A stretch of 64,000 bases of DNA. It comes from Phycisphaerales bacterium. GTDB lineage: Bacteria > Planctomycetota > Phycisphaerae > Sedimentisphaerales > Anaerobacaceae. The notes under the pieces are model-generated. The model worked only from the letters and a program-made list of their open reading frames with translations, did not search any database and was not told the DNA's origin. This document shows positions 45,182 through 54,700 of this stretch, piece after piece; within the stretch, counting starts at the first letter, position 1, and every line of letters starts with the position of its first letter. The stretch spans positions 7,131-71,130 of the forward strand of contig PLLM01000061.1 in NCBI GenBank assembly GCA_003141275.1, given 5' to 3'. The position numbers and the translations under genes were made by a program.

Positions 45182-45755
45182 TAACCTCAATGTTTTTGAC
45201 TTTGACGGAACACTGGTCAAGGTCAACAGTTTCAAAAAAATAAACAAGCGGTTTTTGGTAACGCTGATAGCGAAGTTTAAGATAATATTTTTTATTAGGA
45301 TGGCCGCTTTATATGTTATACGCAAATGTGGCTTTATTTCTCATCTTGCGTTTAAACGGCAAGTTGTGAATATCTTTGAGCAGACTCTGACTGAACAGGA
45401 GAAGAAACATATCTGTCAGGCGGTTTTTGACGAGCATGTTAATCCGTCTGTTTTTCAGAGGATGATTGATATGGATAATTGCATTATATGCACAACGGCG
45501 CCATTTGCATATATGTCCAGGCTGTCTTTCGGAAAGGATGTTGTCATAATAAGCTCTTTAGATTCAGCAAACAGTTTTCCGGACAAAGGTAATTTTGGGC
45601 CCGCCAAAGTTGTAAATCTAAAGGCGTACTTTAAAGATAAAAATATTCAGGTGGCCAATTTTTTTACCGACAACAGGGTCGATGACTATGCTCTAATAGA
45701 TTTGTGCCAAAACGCCTTCATTGTGGAAGGCGATACTATAAAAAAGATAAAGTGA
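45168..45755 (+). CDS. HAD-superfamily hydrolase/phosphatase-like protein
   Basis: Overlaps the PRTase gene by 14 nt. N-terminal HAD motif I 'NVFDFDGTLVKVNSF' and late acidic motif 'FFTDNRVDDYALID'. Confidence 0.65.
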   Translation: MMRSDNLNVFDFDGTLVKVNSFKKINKRFLVTLIAKFKIIFFIRMAALYVIRKCGFISHLAFKRQVVNIFEQTLTEQEKKHICQAVFDEHVNPSVFQRMIDMDNCIICTTAPFAYMSRLSFGKDVVIISSLDSANSFPDKGNFGPAKVVNLKAYFKDKNIQVANFFTDNRVDDYALIDLCQNAFIVEGDTIKKIK

Positions 45756-45758
45756 TGT

Positions 45759-47711
45759 ATGTTGCGCATGGAAAGTATTAAAGCCATAATTCTTGCAGGA
45801 AAACACGATTTTGGGCGTTGCCCCATAGCATCTCGTTTACCTGCGGCTTTGTGGCCGGTGATGGGCAAACCCTCGCTGGAACGTATTATTGTTGGTCTGG
45901 CAGAGCAGGGGATAAGGGATATTACGGTCTGTTGCAGCGGAGACCGCGTTCTGTTGCAGGAATCAATTGATGTGCCGCAAATTAACGGGAATATCAGGTT
46001 TCTTGATGAGCCGTTGCCGATGGGCACAGCTGGGTCTATTCGCGATGCTGCCAACGGCGAAAAAAATGATTTGCTCGTCATATTTCCCGCTGATATGGTG
46101 TGCCCGCCTGATATCAGCTTGTTAATAGCCGCCCATCGTGATCAGGCAGCAGACTTGACTGTAGTGCTCAATCCAGCATCAAGCGGTAATGATGAAAAAG
46201 GCGATGTGGCCAATATTTATATCTGCAATCCGGATGTGCCGGAATATATTCCGGCGGAAGGATATCATGATATCAAAGAAAGTTTAATACCGGAACTGGT
46301 TAGAGTCGGCAAACATGTGGGTTATACCGTATTACCACATTGTGCCGGCAATTTCCGCGATGGGCAGGGATACTTGCGTGCGGTGGCAAATTATCTTGGA
46401 AAAGGACCGTCATTGAATGACGAGATACCTTCTCTTCGTCGTAATAATGAGCGGTGCTTATGGCTTGATGATGAGGCTGAGGTGGACCCATCTGCGAGAT
46501 TTTTTGGTCCCGTGGTTTTGATGGCTGGTGCCAGAGTAGCCAAAGGCGCAGTTATTTTCGGGCCGAGCATCATAGGTCGAAAATGTAGCATCGGTAGCGA
46601 CAGTGTTGTTATGAATAGCGTGCTTTGGGATACCGCCGGCATAGATGAAAATTGTGAAGTTCGGAATTGTCTGCTTGATTACGGTGTTAATATTGCCAGC
46701 GATACGGTTGTTAGTAACAGAATCATTCCTTTTAAAAAAAACTCAGTTATCGCGCGAGGAGGAATTAGGGCATTGAAATTCGGCAGGAAGACAGCAAGTG
46801 ATTTGTGTGCCAGATTTTACGGCGATTCAGCTTTGCCGGGGCCGTTAATCGCCCTAAAAACCGTAGGGCTCGCTGGGACCGTCATAGTCGCTGCGTTTAT
46901 ATGGTCCTATTGGTCGGGGATAGTAGACCTTTGGAGTGTCTGGCAGCGCAGTGACGAATACTCCAGCGGATTACTTGTCCCTTTCCTTGCGGGTTATATT
47001 TTATGGTCAAGGCGGGAACAGTTCAAATCCATTCCGATAAGACCATCATTGTGGGGTGGTCTTGCGCTATTATTTGCCGGCATATTAAGGTTATTCGGCT
47101 TGTTTTTTCTATATGGGTCTGCGGAACGATTCTCTATAGTTCTCAGTATCGCAGCGATTGTTCTGTTTATCTTGGGCTGGCAGTTTTTCAAAAAAGCAAC
47201 CACCGTATTGCTGTTTCTTTGCTTAATGTTACCCTGGCCACATAGTGTTCAGTCGGCTGTTGCACTACCTTTACAACAGTGGTCAACTTCATCAGCGGCA
47301 TTTTGCCTTGAAATAATGGGCTACGATGTTATTAAGGAAGGCAATGTCATACATATCGGCCAAACAAGTGTGGCCGTAGCCGAGGCCTGTAACGGTCTGC
47401 GTATGGTCACGGCATTTTTTGTAATCAGCGCCCTGGTTGTAATGCTGGTAAGACGGAAATGGTGGGAGAAACAGGTCGTCATGACATCCAGTTTGCCTAT
47501 CGCACTGCTATGCAATACAATACGGTTGACGGTTACGGCGATGGCTTTCACTGTCCTTAAGGGTGATTACTGGGAAAAAATGTTCCACGATTTTGGCGGT
47601 TACGCTATGATGCCGCTGGCCCTGGCGGCGGTAATAGGGGAATTTTGGCTGTTGGGCCTGCTTACAGTGAGGCCAGACGAAAAAAGCTCAATAATTATCA
47701 CCCGAGGATAA
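45759..47711 (+). CDS. Fusion protein: NDP-sugar pyrophosphorylase-like domain + left-handed beta-helix + exosortase (EpsH/Xrt family)
   Basis: The first ~230 aa have a nucleotidyltransferase-fold pattern ('KAIILAGKHDFGRCPIASRLPAALWPVMGKP', 'PMGTAGSIRDA', 'LLVIFPADMV'). The LbH segment is 'GARVAKGAVIFGPSIIGRKCSIGSDSVVMNSVLWDTAGIDENCEVRNCLL'. The C-terminal ~300 aa are polytopic with exosortase catalytic motifs 'VAEACNGLRM' (Cys), 'LLCNTIRLT' (Arg) and 'FHDFGGY' (His). Confidence 0.85.
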   Translation: MLRMESIKAIILAGKHDFGRCPIASRLPAALWPVMGKPSLERIIVGLAEQGIRDITVCCSGDRVLLQESIDVPQINGNIRFLDEPLPMGTAGSIRDAANGEKNDLLVIFPADMVCPPDISLLIAAHRDQAADLTVVLNPASSGNDEKGDVANIYICNPDVPEYIPAEGYHDIKESLIPELVRVGKHVGYTVLPHCAGNFRDGQGYLRAVANYLGKGPSLNDEIPSLRRNNERCLWLDDEAEVDPSARFFGPVVLMAGARVAKGAVIFGPSIIGRKCSIGSDSVVMNSVLWDTAGIDENCEVRNCLLDYGVNIASDTVVSNRIIPFKKNSVIARGGIRALKFGRKTASDLCARFYGDSALPGPLIALKTVGLAGTVIVAAFIWSYWSGIVDLWSVWQRSDEYSSGLLVPFLAGYILWSRREQFKSIPIRPSLWGGLALLFAGILRLFGLFFLYGSAERFSIVLSIAAIVLFILGWQFFKKATTVLLFLCLMLPWPHSVQSAVALPLQQWSTSSAAFCLEIMGYDVIKEGNVIHIGQTSVAVAEACNGLRMVTAFFVISALVVMLVRRKWWEKQVVMTSSLPIALLCNTIRLTVTAMAFTVLKGDYWEKMFHDFGGYAMMPLALAAVIGEFWLLGLLTVRPDEKSSIIITRG

Positions 47712-47757
47712 AGAACCGATATAGTAAATAGAAATGTTTTCAATATGAGAGTGCTGA

Positions 47758-50028
47758 ATGGATGAATTGACGCGATATGAAGCTGGAATGCTAGGACCTG
47801 TTATCCAGGGAATGCCACCTTTTCCGGAGCCGGCTGGGCCGAATGTATTCGATATGCTTGCCACAGTTCTGCTCCGCCGGTGGCGAGCAGCTGTGATTGT
47901 ATTTGCCGTAATATGTTGCACTGGTTTGTCTGTAATATGGCTGATTCTAAAGCCTGTCTGTGAGGTGACTGGCGCGATAAAGGTAGCTCCCATTCTGTCG
48001 AACATTCTGACTGGTGAGGCGGACAGAGGTGATATATCGAATTACCAGAGTTTTATGAACACGCAGGTCGAGATGATAATCAGCGGTCCGGTAATCGAGA
48101 GGGCTGCGGATGATTTGGCTACCAAGAATCTGCCTTTTTTCAATGCTAAAGCTTCGACCTTAATCAAAAAGCTGCAAAGCGAATTCCGCGGTTATTCGAC
48201 ACGTTCGGATTACGCGGCAAAGTTGAAAGAAGCCATAAATGATGGTTTTATTACCATAACGAACAGTCGGAATACAGAGTTAATTAAGATAACAATGGCA
48301 GATGATCGGCCGGAGGATGCGCGTCAAATAGTTGACGCCTTCATTCGCGCCTATATGGCGATGGAAGGTATCAAGTCCACGCAGGACGAGGACCAGAAAT
48401 TGAATGTGTTGGAAGCTGAAAGAAGAACATTGGCAGAGAAATTAGAAACCCAGCGAGAATCGATTCGGAAGTTGGCTGAGGAATACGGCACTGTTACTTT
48501 GGATGGTCGGCAAAATATGATGTTGCAGCGCGTCGCAAGTTTGCTGGCGGAATTGACAAAGGTCGAAGCACAACGGATTAGCCTTGAGGCCAGAATTCAG
48601 GTGCTTGAGCAGGGTAAAGGGCAAGGTGTGCCGGAAGAGCGGCTCAACAAACGTAACGAACGCATTAATGCCGACCCTGCAGTTCAGGAACTTGTTCGCA
48701 GTATTGTTCGGTTGGAGGAAGACCTCATCGCTGCAAGACAATTTATGACACCAGAAAATCCTCTGTTGAAACAAAAAGAGGAGTTTGTAGAATCTTTCGG
48801 GAAACGCCTCGAGGAAAAACGCCGGGAGGAAGCGAACGATATTGGCAAGAACGAGCTTCAAAATTCTCGTGCGCAACTTGAAGAAACTGCTGCCTATGAA
48901 AAACTGCTGCGAGAGAAACTCGCTGCCGAGGACGATCAGACAATACAAATCGGGCGAAAGCAATTGTCGATTCAGGATATGCAATATCAGCTTGGACTGG
49001 AAAAAGAAATGTACGATACGGTCACGAAGCGTGTCCAGGAGCTTGAAATGGAGCGCAAGCGGCCAGCGAGAGTAAGTGTCGCTTATAACGCCGATATTGC
49101 GAATATTCGTGACAAACGTATCAAGTACTCAGCAGCGGTTGTCTTCGCCGCGATTGCTGGCGGAATAGGGCTGGCCTTGCTGAAGGACAAGATGGATCCG
49201 AGTTTGCGGTCACCGGAAGATATTACTAGGCTTCTCGGTGTCAGAATAATTGGGACAACTACAAACCAGGAGACCGTTGAAAAAGCCCTGCTCCCGAGAC
49301 AGTTGACCGAGGATTACCAGACAATCCGTGCCAACCTCGGATTGCTCGACGGCGGCGGAATGCCGAAAAAACTGGTCGTTACCAGCGCCGGAATGCGCGA
49401 CGGCAAAACCACTTTCTCCGTTAATCTCGCCACCAGTTTGAGCAGGTCAGGTCGCAAGGTGCTGCTGATAGATGGTGATTTGAGGAAGCCGGACATCGGA
49501 CGTTTACTGAACGTCCCAAGAGATATGAGACGTCTGTTAGACGTGCTTATGGGCAGCCCTGCCGATGACTCCGCCATTGCAATTGTTTCGCCGGGTCTGC
49601 ACGTCCTTGCATCGGATTCACAAAATACGGTTGACCCTTATGAGTTATTGGTATTGCCAAGTACAGTGTCGCTTATAGATAATCTTTCGGAAAGATATGA
49701 CCATGTGATTATCGATACACCTCCTGTTCTGGCGTTTCCCGATGCGCTTATATTGGCCAAAATCGCCGGCGCAGTAATACTCGCGAGCTTTGCCGGGCGT
49801 ACTTCAGGCCCGGACCTTAAGGAAACAAAAGACAGATTGGCTCAGATTAACGTCAGGATACTTGGAACGGTTATGGGCAATGTCCACCTTGGTCATACTT
49901 ATTATCGTTATGGATACCACTATTACGCACAGGGCGGCAGACCAGGAAGAGACAGCAGGAGAAACGGCATAAATCCGATGTTGTTGTCTGATAAACCACA
50001 GGATGACTCGGACAAACCGACGTCCTGA
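47758..50028 (+). CDS. Polysaccharide co-polymerase / tyrosine autokinase (Wzc/GumC-EpsG type)
   Basis: Wzz-type N-terminal TM plus a long coiled-coil periplasmic region plus a second TM. CpsD/CapB-like ATPase with Walker A 'TSAGMRDGKTTFSVNLA', 'LLIDGDLRKP' and 'VIIDTPP'. C-terminal Tyr cluster 'HTYYRYGYHYY'. Confidence 0.9.
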   Translation: MDELTRYEAGMLGPVIQGMPPFPEPAGPNVFDMLATVLLRRWRAAVIVFAVICCTGLSVIWLILKPVCEVTGAIKVAPILSNILTGEADRGDISNYQSFMNTQVEMIISGPVIERAADDLATKNLPFFNAKASTLIKKLQSEFRGYSTRSDYAAKLKEAINDGFITITNSRNTELIKITMADDRPEDARQIVDAFIRAYMAMEGIKSTQDEDQKLNVLEAERRTLAEKLETQRESIRKLAEEYGTVTLDGRQNMMLQRVASLLAELTKVEAQRISLEARIQVLEQGKGQGVPEERLNKRNERINADPAVQELVRSIVRLEEDLIAARQFMTPENPLLKQKEEFVESFGKRLEEKRREEANDIGKNELQNSRAQLEETAAYEKLLREKLAAEDDQTIQIGRKQLSIQDMQYQLGLEKEMYDTVTKRVQELEMERKRPARVSVAYNADIANIRDKRIKYSAAVVFAAIAGGIGLALLKDKMDPSLRSPEDITRLLGVRIIGTTTNQETVEKALLPRQLTEDYQTIRANLGLLDGGGMPKKLVVTSAGMRDGKTTFSVNLATSLSRSGRKVLLIDGDLRKPDIGRLLNVPRDMRRLLDVLMGSPADDSAIAIVSPGLHVLASDSQNTVDPYELLVLPSTVSLIDNLSERYDHVIIDTPPVLAFPDALILAKIAGAVILASFAGRTSGPDLKETKDRLAQINVRILGTVMGNVHLGHTYYRYGYHYYAQGGRPGRDSRRNGINPMLLSDKPQDDSDKPTS

Positions 50029-50085
50029 GATACGAAGGTTTGTTGCCGGCAGAACAATCCCACAAAGTTCTTACACGGATAATGT

Positions 50086-51750
50086 ATGCATTTGGTAGTC
50101 GTTCACAACTCCAATAGTTCAGGTGAAAACAGTTCAGATTCCCTGCTGCTATTGGCGTTCTCAGGCGGGTTGGTGACGGACGCCGTTGTCGGCAGAATAT
50201 CCGAATACTATGGTTTGCACAGGGATAATCTGACCTTTGCGATACCTGAAGAATGGAAACGGGCCGGTGGTGTTTCGAACCAGGGTGTCCTGTTTTACGA
50301 TGGCAAAGTACCTTTACTCCAGCATCGCTATGCACCCAGCAGCAAATCGTGGTATGTAATTTCGGATGGCAGATTTTTTGCTCAAACCGACCTGCAATTG
50401 TTATATGAGACGATAGCTCGAATTAATTCCGATGTTGTGGTTGTCGATGTTGAGCCGTGTCTGAAGGCCGGCTGTGAAAAAGTCCTTACCGACTCGCATA
50501 AAAATCTTGTCGGTATTCGTCTGTTGTATGCAGACGTTGTTCAGCCGGCGCCGATTCCTTCTGACTGGCCGCATCACCTTTTTATTCGCTCCAGTATTAT
50601 CAGCCGGCTTTTCAAAGATGGGACTCTGCCCGCAACCTTCAGTGAGTTTCTGAATGGATGCCGTTCAATCTCTGCGAATATTACAGGTATTGGCATAGGA
50701 GGCCTGACGCTGGATTTAAATACTGAACAGGGATTGCTTTCAATGTTGCCCGGCGGGTTGGGAAGAAAGGCGAATTCACAGAGCAATTATCCGGCGAACG
50801 AGAAGTGGATTCATAACAACGATATAAGTATATCGGCTGATGCCCGGCTGTTTGGTAAAATTGCCTTTGGTCGAAATGTTACTATCGGCGCAAATGCGAT
50901 TATCGCAGGTCCGGCAGTGATTGCCGATGGCGCCAATATAGCCGACAAGGCGGTCATACGGAATTGTATCATCGGTCCAGGTGTTTCTGTGCCTGCCGGC
51001 TGCGTCCTTCAGAACCGTGTCATTGTGGCTTCATCCCGGATAGCAAGTCAATTCTGTGACGCCGTGAGCAAAAATGTTAGCCGCAATCTGCAAGATGGCA
51101 GTTCCTTCCTGAGTCGCTATAGGATGTGGCCGATATTTTCCTATGCCAGATGCATAAAAAGAATCGCGGATATTATTATAGCGACAAGTGTGCTTGTTGT
51201 TTTCGTTCCCATCCTGCCGTTCGTCGCCCTGGCGGTTAAGCTTGGCTCGCAGGGGCCGGTCTTTTTCAAAGATATGCGACAGGGGCTGCATGGCAAACCT
51301 TTTGCCTGTCTAAAGTTCAGGACAATGCTTGTCGGCGCCGATGCAATGCAGGAAAAATTAAGGGCGCTCAATGAAGCGGACGGGCCTCAGTTTGTGATTT
51401 CTGATGACCCCAGGATGAGCAGGGTCGGGCGGTTTTTGCGAGAAACATACATAGATGAAATTCCTCAGTTCTTGTCAATTTTACTTGGTCATATGAGCGT
51501 TGTTGGCCCAAGACCATCCCCGGAATCAGAGAACGTCCTTTGCCCGTTCTGGCGGGACGCTCGATTGTCGGTCAGGCCTGGTCTGACGGGACTTTGGCAG
51601 GTTTGCAGAACGCGTCAGCCGATGAAGGATTTCCAGGAATGGATACACTACGACATCGAATACGTCAGGAATCTTTCGATAGGGCTTGACCTGTGGATAT
51701 GCTGGCAGACGGCCAAAAAAATGTTCGTTAATTTCGTTCGTCAATTCTAA
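50086..51750 (+). CDS. Fusion protein: degenerate nucleotidyltransferase-like region + left-handed beta-helix + bacterial sugar transferase (priming polyprenyl-phosphate glycosyl-1-phosphate transferase)
   Basis: The C-terminal ~200 aa are 'RIADIIIATSVLVVFVPILPFVALAVKLGSQGPVFFKDMRQGLHGKPFACLKFRTM', 'DPRMSRVGRFLRETYIDEIPQFLSILLGHMSVVGPRP' and 'RPGLTGLWQV', the classic WbaP/EpsB family core. They are preceded by LbH repeats 'FGRNVTIGANAIIAGPAVIADGANIADKAVIRNCIIGPGVSVPAGCVLQNRVIV' and a ~230-aa N-terminal region of unclear function. Confidence 0.85.
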   Translation: MHLVVVHNSNSSGENSSDSLLLLAFSGGLVTDAVVGRISEYYGLHRDNLTFAIPEEWKRAGGVSNQGVLFYDGKVPLLQHRYAPSSKSWYVISDGRFFAQTDLQLLYETIARINSDVVVVDVEPCLKAGCEKVLTDSHKNLVGIRLLYADVVQPAPIPSDWPHHLFIRSSIISRLFKDGTLPATFSEFLNGCRSISANITGIGIGGLTLDLNTEQGLLSMLPGGLGRKANSQSNYPANEKWIHNNDISISADARLFGKIAFGRNVTIGANAIIAGPAVIADGANIADKAVIRNCIIGPGVSVPAGCVLQNRVIVASSRIASQFCDAVSKNVSRNLQDGSSFLSRYRMWPIFSYARCIKRIADIIIATSVLVVFVPILPFVALAVKLGSQGPVFFKDMRQGLHGKPFACLKFRTMLVGADAMQEKLRALNEADGPQFVISDDPRMSRVGRFLRETYIDEIPQFLSILLGHMSVVGPRPSPESENVLCPFWRDARLSVRPGLTGLWQVCRTRQPMKDFQEWIHYDIEYVRNLSIGLDLWICWQTAKKMFVNFVRQF

Positions 51751-51780
51751 TGGACCGGCATTGGCCGGGAAGGTGTACCG

Positions 51781-54700
51781 ATGGGAAAAAGATACTTTAA
51801 CTGGAAATTGGCTGTTGTGCTTCTAATGGGGCTGGCGGTGCTTGCTGCCACTGCTTTCGGGCTGCGGCACTGGCAGCGGAGCAGGAGGGCCTCTCAGGGG
51901 CTTTTGCTTGGCAACAAGGCATACAGCGAAAGCAGATGGTATGAGTCGGCTAATCAGTTCGGACGGTATTTGGGCGTGTCACCGGACGATATTCCCATTT
52001 TGCTCAAGTATGCTGATTCACATCTAAAGATTAGGCCTTTGAAATCCGGTAATGTTCAACAGGCAATAGCAGCCTATCGAACCATCCTGCGGCTGGAACC
52101 GGGGTATATAGAAGCGGCTTTAAGATTGTCCGAGGTATATCTTGGTCTTAATCAGGCGGCGGAAGCTGAGCAGGTTGCAGCAAGGGCGCTTCAATCTGCT
52201 CAATCTGTTGAATTGCGGAGGAGGTTGGCATTTGCCCTGGCGGTGCAGCGGAAATTCACCGTTGCGGCAAATGAGCTTGAAAACATCATCAAAGATAATC
52301 CTAATGATGTTCAGTCATACGAGATTATAGGAAAGCTCGCTGAGCAGCGGCCCCAGGATTTCAACATACCTGCGCAGTTCTGGTTCGATGAGGCGGTTAA
52401 GAAAAATCCGTCTTCAGCACAGGCGTTCATTATTCGAGGCGCATATAACCTTCGCCGGGGAGAAAGGGCTCAGGCGGTGGCTGATTTTAACGATGCTGCC
52501 AAAAAAGATTTGAGTGACCCTAATATCAGGCTGCAACTTGCCAGCCAGCTCGTTATAGCGGGGGATTTAGAGCAGGCCCGCAGGCATCTCGATATTGTCG
52601 TTGGCCAAAATCCGTCCAGCCAGGACTTGTGGCGCATCTGGGTGCAGCTTGCTAAAAAGTCCGGCGATACATCATTGATGCTTGAAGTTGCTGATAATGG
52701 TCTAAAATCGCTTTCATTGCAGCCGTGGGATTTTATGCCACTGGCCGTAGAGATATATATACGGGGTGGCCGGCTCGATAAAGCGGCCGATTGTCTTTTA
52801 CGGTTGCACCAAAAAGATATTAATCCTCCTGCGACTGCATTCCTCGATGGGCTGCTGGCAGAAGCCAAAGGTCAAGGTTACGAAGCTGTCGGATACTGGC
52901 AAAAAGCAATGGACTTAGGTGCCGAGCCGGCCAATGTGCGAATTATGCTTGCACGCGAATTATCGAACCTTGGCGATACACTGTCGGCGATTAAACAGTT
53001 GCGTGCGCTGGTATCCGAACAGCCAAGTCATTTTAGGGCAAGGATCGAGTTGGCCAAATTGCTTGGCGATATCGGCAGATGGGGCGAGTCGTTGGAACAT
53101 GCCAAGACTGCTCTCCAGATTTCGCCGCAGGACGCCGATGCAATTTTTACTTACGCCCGTGCCGGGGTAAACTTGATGACTGGTAAAACCGCCGGTTACA
53201 ACTCAGTATCTGCCAAAGAGCTTGAGGAATATCTGCGCAAGCTTGACGATGTTACAGGTGGTCAGGTTGATGTGAAGCTTTTGGAAGTGCAGTTGGCGGT
53301 GAATATAGCTGATTTCAATCGAGCCGAGCTCTTGCTCGGTCAGCTCAAAAAGGAATATCCTTTGGATATTAGAGTTGTTTTTGCAAAGACGAAATTACTC
53401 GTCTCGCAGGGCAAGACCGGCGAAGCTATCGCCCTGTTGACCGAGGCGGTTGACAAGTCGCCGGATTCGGTCGTTTTAGTAAAAACTCTTGCTGGTCTGT
53501 TGTTGGCCCAGGACACGAAGCAGCAGTGCGAAGAGGTGGTTAGTCGGGCTATGGCTAACAGCCGGGAACCCTCCATAAAAAGGCAATTTGGTTTGTTATT
53601 GGCCAGCTTGTACGCGAACTGGAATGAAGAAACGAAGCGATGTGATTTGCTCGCGCAGCTTAGCGACAAGTTTCCCGATGATATCCCTGTATTGCGTACA
53701 ATGCTTACTTGTCAAACTGTTTTGAGGGATTTGACCAGAGCACAAAAATTTGTCGATAGAATCAAGAACATTGAAGGCGAAAAGGGCTGGCAATGGCGAT
53801 ACGAACAGGCAAGGGTCTGGTTTGCTCAAGAGGATTTCAATTCCACCTATCCTCAGCTCGTGTTACTGCTTAAGGAAAATCTTCTGGATAATCCAGACAA
53901 CCAGGTCAGCCGAATGTTGCTGGCAGCAGCCTATGAAAGGGCAGGGGATATGCGCCTGGCGGTTGCGACTTACGAGGAAGTACTGAACCATTCGCCTGAA
54001 GATGTCAGAGTTATGGTTATTACCGCCGGTGCTTTGTATAAGGCAAATGAATACGACCGTGCCGACCAGATACTCCGGAGGGCGGCTGAAAACAGAATTG
54101 AAAATCCCGAACTGAAACGGCTGCAACTTCGAAGTTTCATCAGGCGAGGAGAGATTGATTCAGCCGGTACGGTTCTTGAAGACCTTCTCACGGCTGATCC
54201 GAACAATCAGTCAATTGGTTTATCGCTTGTGTTTCTGCAAATGCGGCAGGGACGGCTTGATGAAGCAGAAAAGACACTTGACGCCTTGAACATTGGTGAT
54301 TCGAATTCATTATCAGCAGCTGCCGCTCGGGTGGAACTGAATATCCGTCAGGGCAAAACAGCTGATGCAATCAAGATATGCGATAACATGGTCGCAAAGC
54401 TAAATAACGCTTCGTCGCTCGTTTTGCGGGCGAGGACCTTTGCATTGCTCGGACAGAACGATAAGGCACAAACCGATTTAGAACAGGCCGTGTCCGCCGA
54501 ACCGAACAATGTCGAAGTGTGGCTGGCCAAAAGTGACTTCTATCGTTCTATAAATCATATCGATAAATCCATTGAGGATGTGCGACATGCTTTAATTATT
54601 AGCCCGACGGACCTCATGGCACAGAAACGTGCGATTCTGCTTTACCTGGTAAGCTCCAATTCGGCTATGCGTCGAGAAGGAATGTCGCTTCTTGAAAATG

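Noticed and set aside
48442-50335. Minus-strand ORFs 48442..48984 and 49871..50335
   Set aside because: They are antisense to the Wzc-like gene and to the Wzc/priming-transferase junction. They have no motifs and a biased Arg/Leu/Ser composition.
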